The notes below the pieces were generated by a model. It ran no database searches and was not told the DNA's origin. It saw only the letters and a program-made list of their open reading frames with translations. Positions 32,828 to 46,200 of a DNA stretch of 64,000 nt are shown here, one piece after another; position 1 is the stretch's first letter; the number at the start of each line of letters is the position of its first letter. Source of the DNA: Oculina patagonica (Eukaryota); the NCBI RefSeq assembly GCF_052425735.1, contig NC_135768.1, positions 8,742,001 through 8,806,000 of the forward strand, in the 5' to 3' direction. The translations under genes and the position numbers were made by a program.

Positions 32828-35800
32828 TGCTTTGCCGAAAACCGCCGACATGGTCCCACATTTCGAGGAGAAAGTTCTCGGATTTGAACAACACGAATTT
32901 CTGTGCCCAACCTATGTGATATTTTTGCACAAATCATTATGTGCACGAAAATGTCTTGAGCTTTCTATTCGTTGTTGTTTTTCCCTGAGTTGTCAGTGAT
33001 ACGAAGTCTGTCTTATTACGTAAGCAAAGGTTGAGAAACACCAAAGTACTGCAATAAATACCTCGATATTTTGTTATAACTGTCTAACACTGATTTTGGA
33101 AAAACAAGTTTAGTCATTTCGAAATCTTGAAACTATAAAATTGGCCACTTGAAAACAGTAATTTCAATGGGCTTATTTTTCCAAGAGGGAGCCACAACGC
33201 GGAATGCAGGTTTTCTATGAGTATTTGACGCAAAAAGCTTCAGAAAATTTGTCTGCTGAAATATTCACAAAATTTTACAAAGATAAGCGACAAAAGATTT
33301 GTCTTGTTAAATATAAAGTATGTTGAGTACAATTTGTGCTGAGAAGGAGTGTTTTCGATTTATTTTCCATGTGCATGTGTTTGTTTGCAATATTGTCGTA
33401 CGGTCATTGACCTACAAAAGAAATGTGTAAACTGTAGGCTTTCCAACAAATCTACAACAACATTTCAGAAATCTAGCTCACTAAACGAAGATTTTCTGAC
33501 ATGAGATTCTCATGGAGAATAATTCGCACCTTACGTGCCAGAGCCCCCTTAAATCACATTCGAAATGGTGAAATTGGAACTGTTGAAGTTTACGAGTGTG
33601 TTCTCAGACGATAAATAACTTGATCTAGCTAGGTTAGAGAAGACGTTTTAGTATATTGTGCAAGATAAAAATTCATGAAACAACAAGTAATTTCATGCGG
33701 AAACCAAAGTCCTGCCGAACTGAGTACAATGCGACAACTGAAGAGGCATTATCGTATGTAACTTAAAACGTGTACTTTTTGAAAATAGGCTGGGAGCAGT
33801 AAATTTGTCACCGAGCTGTTTAGATCGTTTGGAATATTGCATGATTGCAACATAACCTATACTACGAAATACAAATAGATTGGTGTTTTTGTACACTCTG
33901 TACATTCTTGACAAAGTTACCTTTCAAGACTCATATATATAGCACAGAATATTGCATAATAGAAAAGCGCATACAAAAATTATAGATTAAGAATGCTAGA
34001 GAATTGGGCACTTCGCAAGTATGAGGCAACTTAATAAGCTGTGAAAAAAACTATCGCAAAAAATAGCTTTAACGAGAGTTCGACCTTGTGGCCTTGGGCC
34101 GCAATACATCGCGATGCCAATATGCCATAGAACAACGCTAAAAACATGCAAACACGGGATAAAAATATAAAAGAAGAAAATCAAACTTTTCAACTTACAT
34201 TTTGCCAAATGTTCCAACACTCAAGGTTGTCTTCGATGAGTAAGGTAACTTGGTTGGTTGAACCAAAGTCTTTTATCCTGGGAAGGAAAAAAACGCAGCT
34301 CGTTTTAAGAATGACCTGCAGTCGACGAAGCGAACAATAACAACTGGCTGCAGTGATATTTCGCTCAGTTAACTTGACCATGATCTCAGCATGAATACGT
34401 AAACAATCGATATTGTAAAAGCAGGAAATATGAGAAAAACTCTTTACGAAGTAATGAACAATATTTTTTCCGGAGCAGCCGACGCAAATGAAACAGAGAA
34501 TGTTAAGTTCAAAGCTTAGCGTGCGCGTTTTACTGTAAAATCGACTGCTACGAGAAAAAAAGATGCCGCATCAAAAAAAAAATTATCAGAAAAAGCTATA
34601 ATTCAACAAAACAGCACGCTTAATTTTTTGAAATTTACCAGATAACGGAATAGCTTATGAGCTTGCTCGTCTATTAATTATACTCTTTTTACCTATTAAT
34701 TTGTCTTCAACGCTCTTAAAGAAAAATAGTTGACACCCTTTCCTTCATCTTGCTGCTCATTAAAAACGTACTTGTCAATTCTGTGAGAAATGCCCCAGCC
34801 GTGTGCTGTTTTGCTCAATTGCTTAAGAACAAATCGCGCTAGAATACTTTGTTGTGTATTTAACCGTTTTGTTTCACCACAAAGAAACTCTTTTTCACTT
34901 TTTTTTTCGTTTCAAAGTTACTTAATATACTTCACATATAATTCAGCACTATTTCGATCATTAAAAGTTTTATTTTCATTTTAAATTATATTTTTATCAG
35001 TCGTAGTATAAGCTATATCTGCAGTTATGTATTCTAACTGAAATGTGGTAAGGAGGAAAATGTGGTTTAATAGATCTTTCTTTTCAACTGAACTGAAATT
35101 CGAAACAATCGAGTGGAACTTAAGCTAATTGCTCGAGGGCAATCATAAACCAGGTTGTTATGTTATGGTAGGGTAGGCTTTTAAGTGTCAAAATACATTC
35201 TTCAATAATGAGGTGGTAAAAACACAAGAAGGCCAAAGAATTAAATGTCTTATTTCATGTACCCATGTAAAATTTGTTGTGTTCTTTTATGGTAATCAAG
35301 CACATGTTCTGTATATTTTTTGCGATGGAAACAAATCTTAGTTCTCAGTGAATAAATTCGCTTGTTTTCATGTGGCCATATGATTTGCATTTAACACTCT
35401 ACTCACCAGTTCAAGTGGCCAATTTTGTAAAACGACTACTCAAAGTTTAGTTAATGGCCGCTTCAAATCGGCTATTCAGTGTGGGAAACGCCTGATTTTA
35501 TTACAAAAACACGCCCAAAGGAAGTAATCAAAGGGAATGTTGGTTACTTTATTAGACTTGTTGCGAAAGCTTTTAGCGAAAATTGCTACAATCTCGTTTC
35601 CTTGTTGTGAAACTCTTGCATTTACTCCATGGACATTTAACCGATTCCACACCCTCTGTTTAGACTACCGAGATATCAAAAGTGTTTATTTTTATGAATG
35701 CAATCTGTATGTGCTTTGAATAACTATACGACAATTGTCGTGTTTTCACGATGGACTTGAAGTGTGCCACAATTTTTAAGTCAAACGCATTTTTTTAAAG

Positions 35801-38800
35801 TACTTGGTTAGTTTCTCTTTTTAGTTTTTCTTTTCATGCATAATCTTTTCAAGCGAAATAAAAAACTTAGTATGTGTGTAAAATAATACTTGCTCCTTTA
35901 TTTTGAGGACACTATGGTAAATACATGTATGTGTATTTTAGCGGAATACTCATAACTTATTTCACTTACATCAGAAAGTACTTGCAAGCCAATTTGTAAA
36001 ACTTGTTTTTTTCAAGACTCGATAGCAATTTACTCGTTGTAATTTGCGTTTGGTTTCAGTTAAAACTGAGAAATATCACTGAGTGCAGGTGTCTACTAGC
36101 TATAGCTTAATTAAGAGAGAGAAATAAAGGCCGGCCTTTTTTCGAGCTACAATTATTGCGAATTAAATGCTCTGATGGAAGTAGAAAAACACTTTGTTTT
36201 TTCTCATTTGTCTTTTTTTCGTGGCGCGCGCCAGAAATATGAAATTATGAGCCAGCTGTTTAAACTTGGTGGTAATTAATCGCCAAATGAAAAATCTGAA
36301 GGCAGAAAATTGTCTGACAGGACAGTTTGATTAAAACGCCATAGAAAATGAATTTAAATGATTTCAAAAGATAGCAAATGCTGAGGCTTTAATTAGCCTT
36401 GGGCTGAAAGATTTTGGAGAATTATTTTATGAAGCAAAAACACTAAAACTTTAAATGCACTAAGTAATCAATTGCAAACCGAACCACAATAAAGCTGAGT
36501 GATTAGCTGTAGCTCTTGTCTATTTGTTATTTCGGCTATCTGTCTAGGAGTAAAGGTTTCTGGAATTGACAATCGCTGACGATTGCCGAAGTTGTTTGTA
36601 TTTCGGTTGTTCGCTGTTCGTTGCTCGCAAGACCTTGTCGCAATTATTTCACATTCGCCATATAAAAGACGATCGCAAGTTGCCTATCGAACAACATCCA
36701 ATCTAGGTTTAGTTTTCGACTTTTCTTGTCGCGATGGATACTAGGATAAACCACACCCGAGGCAGGTAAAACGAAGGCTACAAATTGTTTGCTATTCCCG
36801 GTTCTTTTGATGCTGTTTTATGTACTTTGTTTTCATAATTTGCAATTGCTATTTATAAATGTCATGCTGATCTTCATTTGCACGAAAAAGGAAGAGGTTG
36901 CAATGATTTATTTCTCGCATGTTTCTGTCTAAGAATATTGCATCTTTAACTGTGTCCTCAACACAAAACATATGATTTGTCATTGCTTGTTCGACAGTTA
37001 ACTCGATATTTTTTTTTTAAAACAGAGTTGCAACAATAGAGATCAACATCTTTGAATTCCTCTCTAACAGAGCAGTACTTTGTAAACTTGGGCATTTGAC
37101 ATGGATAAAGAAAATCATTAACTAACATGCTGTCTTGATCTACTTTTAAATTCTCAGAAACAAACTTTAAAGCCAATATAAGGCGATCGGAGAAAAGAAT
37201 TAATTCTTCGAGCTAAGAACGAACGGAGATAAGTTTCACACTGGAAACAAAAGCCCACATTCATCATTTAGCTTTATACTAACCATGCATTTTGTGAAGT
37301 GGATTTCGAGGTATGCTCAGTGCAGATTAACTGAATTGTAATGTCTGAGAAGATCTAGTTCATTAAAGCTATATTAAGAAAGGTCTAAAGTATTTTTGTC
37401 TTTTACAGCGGCTTAAAAGCTCGACTGAATTTGTAGGTTTTACTGCCAGAATTGTTATTCTAGCCAAAGCACCTCCAAGTTCGCAATGACCTTTGAATGA
37501 TGTGGATATTTCAACTTGCAGGGCCAGTTTCTTTGTTTATTTTATCTTATCACTAAAGTTCGTTTCGTTTCGTTTTTCTTTGTGATTGTAGATTCGACTA
37601 GATTTACTTCGCCGAACGCCTTTTGGAATCCAAGGAAGGGAACAGTTCTAAATGCTCAGGCTGACAAACGTGGACAATTTATCGGACAGTGAATAACTTA
37701 TCGAACGCTCTGTTAAGACTAAGCTAACAAGTTATTGTAAGCCGAATAAATAAGCTATTCAGCCCAATGTTTTTACAAGATCAAGTGGTGGTTGTTTGAA
37801 TTCCAACAGGATTATTGTCACAAATGAACAAATTGACGTATAGCTGAAGCAAGCTTAAACAGTCTTTGCCCTCTAAAAATAGCGCTGACAACTAAATTAA
37901 AGGTGAACAAGTTGCACGTCCCAGAACTTAAACAAACAAGTGGCAGGAAAAACGCACAGAATTAAGTCAAAGAAACCAGGAAAATGTTTCATCATTCTGT
38001 TCAATTTTACAATGAGAGCTAAGATGGAATTTATTGAATGTCGGGATTTAAGAATTCTGGAAAAAACTGTATTGGGTTTTCTTTGATAGATGGCGGTAAC
38101 CGCTTAAATACCAAACATTTTCAATGTTTTAGCTGTACAAAGAAAATATATTGTTAAGCGCTTAAAAATGTTTTTAAAAGGGTCATTTAACTATCACAAA
38201 ACGTCCTTGACATTGCAAAGATTTCTGGCGTGATACTAAAGAGGTCACTAAAGCGGGAATATGTACGTACATGTATGTACAAAGTTGAAGAAAAACCTTC
38301 GACCTGAAATCGATTGCCCGGTAGCATAAATACTGAAACCTCAATGAAAATCGCACTCAACTTGTTTCTGAGAAAACGCCAAATGCTGTTACACTTTTTA
38401 AAAGTAATTCAAGAGCTGGTCTTCGAGTTGAAAGGGTGCAGAGAAAAGTAAACTTTCCTCTGAACTAAATAAGGTTTTTATCACAGCGTTTGTTCGCATT
38501 TTGGAAGGTTAATATAAAATAGTTATTTTCGTCGGAAATGATACCAACTAGTCTTCAAAACACCTCAAAGTATGCGGAGTGTTGGATTTGGAAAAAAAAA
38601 TCAAGTGGCTATCTAAGTTTTTGAATTAATCCTTTCCTGTTCTGCCTCTTTCCTATGAGAAAAACTGCTAAAATAACTAAACGTGATAAAATGTTTTGCA
38701 GCATTAAACTGTATGCGCACCATGACCAGAAAAGCCGGGCTGTTTTGCTGTTTTCACAACAGTTCGCAAGCCATGCCACGGCAGTTTTAAGGTTTTCAAA

Positions 38801-41800
38801 ATATGTTACCTGTTGATTACATAAAAAATTTGACGCTAAATACATACAATCTACTTAGGATTGACATTTGAAAATATCTTTGTATAGACGACCTTTTTGT
38901 TTATAATTCTTTGCATTTTTGCTTAGAAAATGTTTTATTCGCGAGTTGGCGTCTATTTCGTCTTGCTTGTGTGCAATAATTCACGTATAAACTCTTACGA
39001 AAACCATTTAACAGGGATAGAATGGTTTTCCTGCTCTATGCAACGTACATTGCGGAATCAAGGCTACTTGAAACGGGGAAAAAATACTAAATATTTCCCA
39101 AGTAGGTCGTGATTGATGAAGTATTTAGTAGTGCGGGATTGCATTCTCAACCATTTCATGAAATCCATTTTGTATGACACGACCTTTTCCACACCAACAA
39201 CATCGCTGTAATAATTGTATCCTACAAAAACAGGATTTCAATCAGTTTTTAGCTGATATATTAGCCCTTTCGAAACTATATTTCGGTATCTGTACAGTCT
39301 AAAAATATAACCGAAATTTTTTCCCAAGACAATAAATTAATTGTTGTAAGATTCTTCGCCTAATCCCGGCGAATCTTATTTTCGCGTCGCATAACTGTTT
39401 GTGACTTACAGAAGTTTAAAAGCAAAAACAGATGTCTTTGTGCTTTTGTTGTTAATAAACGTCCTTTTGACATTCTTAAACAAGATTGAAACGGCAAGAA
39501 ACTATAAGCACACACTTTCGAGAAAATCAAACATAGCTCTCACATATTTCAAGCAATATTAATTTTTGCATTACATAAATCAACATTGCTCGGTTTTATA
39601 TTGTTCGAAGGCTTAATGCCATCGCTAAACTACTTGATTTAATGCTGTATGCTATGAAATAAAGTGACAAAACCTAAACAATTGTGTTTGAACACCCGTC
39701 CACAAAGGACACTACAAGACTGTTTATCATATCAACGAAAATTGCCTTGTTTTGAATAGCTTTCACAAAAACGAATTCTCTACAGATTTTGACCAAGATC
39801 ATTGCATTTCGTTTGGTACGGTACTAATCGCTTAATGTTTCTTAGTTAAATTGAAACTTTTAAAACAGGGACAGTTTTTAAAACACTTTCTGCTTGCTTG
39901 ACAGTTCACTGCGCGTGAAAACGTGATATATTGTGATATATATGGTGATATATTGAGTTTTAAAAGTCCCCAAGCCACCCAAAAATCAAATATTATTAAA
40001 TTTCGTGACTTCTTGTTTGTGGTTTGAAGGTTGCTGAAAACTTTCAACACAGCCCAATTAACAATGCCGCGATAACAGACCTCTTCCGAGACATTTTGGA
40101 TTTTTGCCTTAATTTTACTGAAGTAAAATTCTCGTTATTATTGAGATCACGCAATGCCATTTTTGTTCAAAACATTCATTTTGATATTCAAATTTTCTTT
40201 TTTACACACTCTCCCAGCAAATGGAGAAATTTTGATTTACAAGAACACCGTTTCGAAATGAGACCAGAAAAGGAAACAAACTTACCTAAATCGAAAGAGG
40301 CGACAGTAATATTTCTTGAGTTTTAATTAAAAAAGCTATCATAAATTCGCATACAGTTTCATTCCTATTCGAACGCTAATTACAGTAGTTTATCCTGTAT
40401 CTTTGAATATCATTTCCTTCCCATGTAGCGAAGTGGCCTTTTGTGCTTTCGTGTTAATAGGTGGCCATATGGAAGGAGCTGCGACCTTCTATTAATTGAA
40501 GAGCGTAAATCGCTCTCTTTATTACTTTTGCTTACTTGGTCTGGCTAAGACAGAAAAGTACCTCCGGTTAAAAGTATATCACTTTAGGAAACTGAAATTA
40601 TATTGAACTGCCAGCTGATGTAAATAGAAAAGCGTTTATGACTTGCTTATAAAGCGCCTAACCACTATTCGACAAAAATTTGACTTTCAAATTTGTTAAT
40701 CTTGCCTCCAGGCGAAAGAGATAAAAATTTTAATGAAAGCTTTAAGGAGACAGAAAACAATGTCCTTGGGTCGTTTTGTTACATTAGAAAAGGTTTTGTA
40801 ACCGAGCAACGGGTTTTATTCGTGAAAAATTGTTTTGAACTCTAATAGAAAAACCATGGTGTACACCAGCGTTCAATACTCACAGAATTGATCCTATTTC
40901 GAGCACTCTCAGTATCTCACGTACATGGATATTTCGACAGATTAAGCCTGACTATTATATCTTGTACTTAACAAAGTGTCTGACACATAATCAACTAAGT
41001 AAATGTTTACACTTCTCGCCAGTGCTTGTTTATTTTTCTTGGGCATGCTCAAGTCACACGCTATCAGCTATAGAAAGAGTTCAAAAAGTACACCCGAAGA
41101 TCCGGTATTAACGTTTCGGGCGTTCGGCCAACACCCTCATAAGCTTACGGTTTGACCCTCGACGTCCTAAACTTTGCCGAATGCTCACGTACTACGCTTC
41201 ATGAGCGATAAATATTGCTCTTTCGCGCGACGAAACTCTTGCGTTATGCACTTATATACTAGTAATGTTTCCTTGAATGTGTTGCGAACGTGATGTCCTA
41301 ACATCGCTTTTGAATGGTATCCAGCGGCGTAGATTTGAATGGCTTCCCACGCGCGCGAGTGCATTAAAAGTTTTCTTCGTGTAATAAAAACTCCGCGCCA
41401 GCTGTGAACTGTATCTTGCGAACAAAATAATCCCTGTTTCTTTCGACTTGATACTTGATTTGCCAGTGTGTCGCATCGCTAACAGACCCTTGTTTAATCG
41501 CCATGAAAGAGAAATTTCTGAACGCGTGCGGCCAGTAAACCGACACAGAGCGATGCAAGTGCAATTGATTGGTTTTATGCCGAGTGGTCACGTTTGACCG
41601 AACACTGGTTCCTGACCACGCGATGTAACTGTGTACACACACGCGATCGCAAAAAAGCCACGTATTTTCCAAACTTTTCCCAAGACGCTATCAAACGATA
41701 AAACGTTACAACGCGCTTCGACTAAAACGCGCTGTTTCTTAATTTCGCAAAACAATAACAATCCCGGGCTATGCACACCTGATCTTCTTTAAGTCGCTTA

Positions 41801-43028
41801 GTTGTACAGGTAATATGCAGCTAAATAAAACCCCGAAAAAGCTCTTCTGTTTTTATTGACAAGCATTATTTACAACAAAGACAGTTTTAGCTACAGCGCT
41901 ATATCGCAACATTTGTATTATCACTGCGCGAACAAAAATGCATATAAATGAATGGCCATATTGGCTAGCATCGAGTAGCAGTACTGTACAATTTCGTCGG
42001 AAGTCACTTATCGAATCTTCAAGGCCGTCTACGATTACATATCATTTCTTGGGTGTTACAAAAATAGCACCTCCGATTTTTCTCGTTGAAACAACGCGAA
42101 AATAGATAATTCGATTTGTAAATAATTTATTCTAAAGTAACGGATACCTCTTTGTAAACGCATCGAGTTAACCAAGCTGTGAAAACCTGCTCAAGATTTC
42201 GCCGTCAGAAATTTGCGTGAACATTATTTCATACCATCTACGGCTAAAAATAGCGAGTTGTTTTAAGTGTACATATTCCACGATCCAAGACCCAGAATAT
42301 TCTATTACTTTTTACCGTAACATTATACAAAAGAGTACACTTCGAGGTTAAACTGATAGCTCATCGCTAAACCAAAAGTCACGAAAATACATTTTTCTTT
42401 GGCAAATTATTTTGCAAAGCTGCGCCTTAGCGGAATCAACAAGAGCATGTAATCGCAATTTTTTTAAGCCGCGTTTTTTGTAACGAAGCGCGCCTTGCGT
42501 AAATTCACTAACATACGTTTTTAAGGTGAACTGAAATAACAAAGAAAGGCTCGCATAAATGGCCAATTTTTTTTTTCTCTATCTCTGCGACCAGTTTTCT
42601 GGCCGAGTTGTTCTGGCTCTGGTCAACACACGCATAATGCAGAAAAAGGCAGAAATTTACTTGTCTATTACCGCCATTCTTCGCGCCGAATTGTTATTCG
42701 AAAGCAAAGCAAACTCTCTGTAACAACGTTGCAAACTTACATATTCATACAGCTAGCATCTTGCATATAACGATGACAGAGAAGTGCCCTTAAAACAATT
42801 ACCACTCACAAGCTAAAAATCAGAGCGGTTTGGTTTCTCACCTGAAATTTGGAGTGTTGTAAGCGGATTGTCTTCGGTGAGTTTTCCAACTGTTTAGCGC
42901 GTTCGTTGTGACTGCTATAAGAATCAGTCAACCGCCACCTGAGGTGATGTAAGTAGAAACACGTTTTCCCTTTACTACCTGGGTTACTAAAATACCATAC
43001 AAAGAACAGACAATGCAACTGTCAATTA

Positions 43029-43271
<243 letters not shown>

Positions 43272-46200
43272 TCATAAAGCTCTGTTAAAAATTGGGCTTT
43301 ACTACATTTGGACGTGCTTGTGGCTTATGACTGCATTTACGTTTTTTGTAACCCACTAAAACAGAAATATAGTCACTGAGCACAACATCCTTTTCCGCAA
43401 GTGTCAGGTTTGTTAAAGTCAAAATGATATCAAACAAATATATCACGGATTTGTTCGTTTGCGTGGGTGTGTAAGCGATATACTAAGGGCAAGCAAGTCC
43501 TAATATAACCGGGGTAAATTTCTGAAGCTATTTCCGTATAGCTGAAAACTTTAGGGAAGTAAATATCGGTCAATCAATGGCGCTGGTATAAAATGAAATT
43601 ATAAAATCCCACTACACCCCCAAAACCTTCTTTTGCCCGTATTTTGAACACTACTGGTGCAGAATTTATTCAACAGTTTTGAATTACACTAGATCCCCAT
43701 GGCAGCATTTTGATAGATATTTATGGCCTTTTAATGTTTGAGCGAGCTCCCTCTCAATCATCGCATGTATTAAAGACTATAAACAAGTTGGAATTAATAT
43801 GACCTGTACAGACGTCGCTCCGTTTTATCGTTCACAGGTGGTTAACTGACATGAAATGGCCATCCGCATTATATAAGTTTGTTTCACCCTCTCTCATTAA
43901 GAAAACAAAATCATTATTTTTTTTCATTTATTTTTTTATATGAAAAAAGTCTTTAATTAATCAGTGCCAAAGAAAAATTCTGTCTTGTTTCTGTTTCGTT
44001 AATCTTTCCGGGCTATTAATAAAACTAAACTGAAAAACGCGTTCGGATAGAGAAAAGTGTAAAGTACGAGGGACATTCGAAACATTTACAGCTTAATGGG
44101 TTTTTATAAGACTTTGAAATGACCATCACTTCTCTCTTCTTCAGTGAGTCATTATTAATTAAGGCAATTTTCTAGGATCTCTTTAAAGGTATCGAGAATT
44201 TGCCGATAGCAATCGCGACTAAGAGGCGCCAATAGAAAAAACTTAAGTGTAATTTAGAGATTCTTGGGAAAAAGTAAAATAATTTTCCAAGGCATTTCGT
44301 TAGGTGAAAAATTTCCTCTTTGCTCGCCATTTCCTCTAAAATTATACTTTTTGGACAAAAGAATCGTAAATGAGAAGGATATTCCGCATCCTAGCTCTTT
44401 TTAAAAGACTTCAGAAATTTCATGAACAAGGAGAATGTAAAGCCATTTGATGACTTTCTAACGACTTATCAAAAGCTGCTGGCCTTGAAGGTATATGCGA
44501 ATTCATTGCGACATTCATAAATACATTTTCCTTTTAAAAGAGAACACACAATTATGGTTGTGTTCTCGCCGTAAAGAGGGATACTGATTTAAAATATGAA
44601 AATTTAGTTCGGCTAGAATGAAAGGTCTTTTTACCCCAAAGATCGAGTTGGAAAAAAAAGAGAATTTGCTGACCATGCCGTTCAGTACTAACATCGTAAA
44701 TAACTTGGAAAATCACAGGAATGAAATAATCGCTCAGGGCGCTCAAACTGTTTACATGTCTGCGACTAGAATTTCATACATGAACTACTGTTATGGCTTT
44801 CATTTAAAAAAAAATCATTTAACTCTCAAGGAATTGAAGCTTGTTGAAATTTTTCTCAGTTTCATGTACAGTTTTTAAAAACTTTGAATTGGCTGAAATG
44901 AGGGCACTTTCATTTAATGTTCCGACGCGTTGGCGTCTATCGTTAATCATTTTCTTGGCATTTTTGATTCTTGATTTCGGATTCCTGTAATGAAGTTCTT
45001 TTGTTCTCCCTCTAAATCAGCTTTCAACAAGACAATTGAACAAATATGATATTTCGCAATGAGCCTCCATGCAATACGCCATTTATTAACTGTTTTACAA
45101 TTCAGTTTCGACAGTTGTTGTGTTCAAAAGTCAAAAAAATAACAATCAAATGTTACATATCGTCAAACGTGGAATACTTAGATTAAGAAGTTAAAAGCTT
45201 ATCTGTTTTTCGTTTCTTTATGATTCGAGATATTTCAAGTTAACATTACTAAGACACCGAAAGAACAATAAATATATTTTAGCTCATACCGCGACACCTG
45301 GTCATATGAAAAATAAATAAACAAGTATTGAAGTCTAGAAGATATTGGTTTTACTGATGCACAGTTATTAATCAATGTAAACGCCGTTTATCGTCACATA
45401 TTAAGTAAATGGTTAACGCTCATCATTGGTTGGGCGCGTTTTTCGTATTTTTTTGATATATATGACAGCCATATTGTTAACTCAACAGCATCCGAATGAT
45501 TGCTGGTTATTGTTTCGTTGGTAGACAATCTCTGTAGGAGTCCACAGATTGGTTCAGGTGCTGAACTCGCTAAACTGCGTTTAACATATTAGTTGAGTAA
45601 GGAAGTTGGCATCAAAAATGATTATAATTAACAATGCATTTGCCGGGTAATAAGGCGCTGACTAAATGATTGGTACACGAATGACGTCACAGTTTTACCA
45701 CTTTCGCCTATGATCTCCATGGGTGTTCCAGATATTAGAAAACTTGTTTATGTTACTCAGGTGTTGCAGTAGTTAAACACGCTTATATTAAGTAAATGAG
45801 AGCCTAGCAAAGTGAAAATCACAAAGCTGTCTGTTCTGCGTCTCCTATAGCTCTAGTTGATTGAGAAAAGGGGAAAACTTCACCAATAAAATAATTACGA
45901 AGACCCAGGTAATTTTCATGTCTCTATTCATCCGCAGACAAACTCCATGGGTGTTTCTAACGAGGAGATGCCAAGTTTTTCTTTTAGATTGCTTCAGGTG
46001 TTAAAATTGTTAACTACCTTATTAGCAAAACGTGCGACTTTTCATGATCTTAAAGCTACAAGATTAGACTGTCTGCTCTTCTCTCGAACCCAAACCACGG
46101 GGCTACACGACGAAAGAAAATTTAAGGCCATTGAAGTAATGTTATAAACTACATAAAGACGCTCTAACCAGTTTGAGTCGGATAGCAGGAGCCATAAGTT

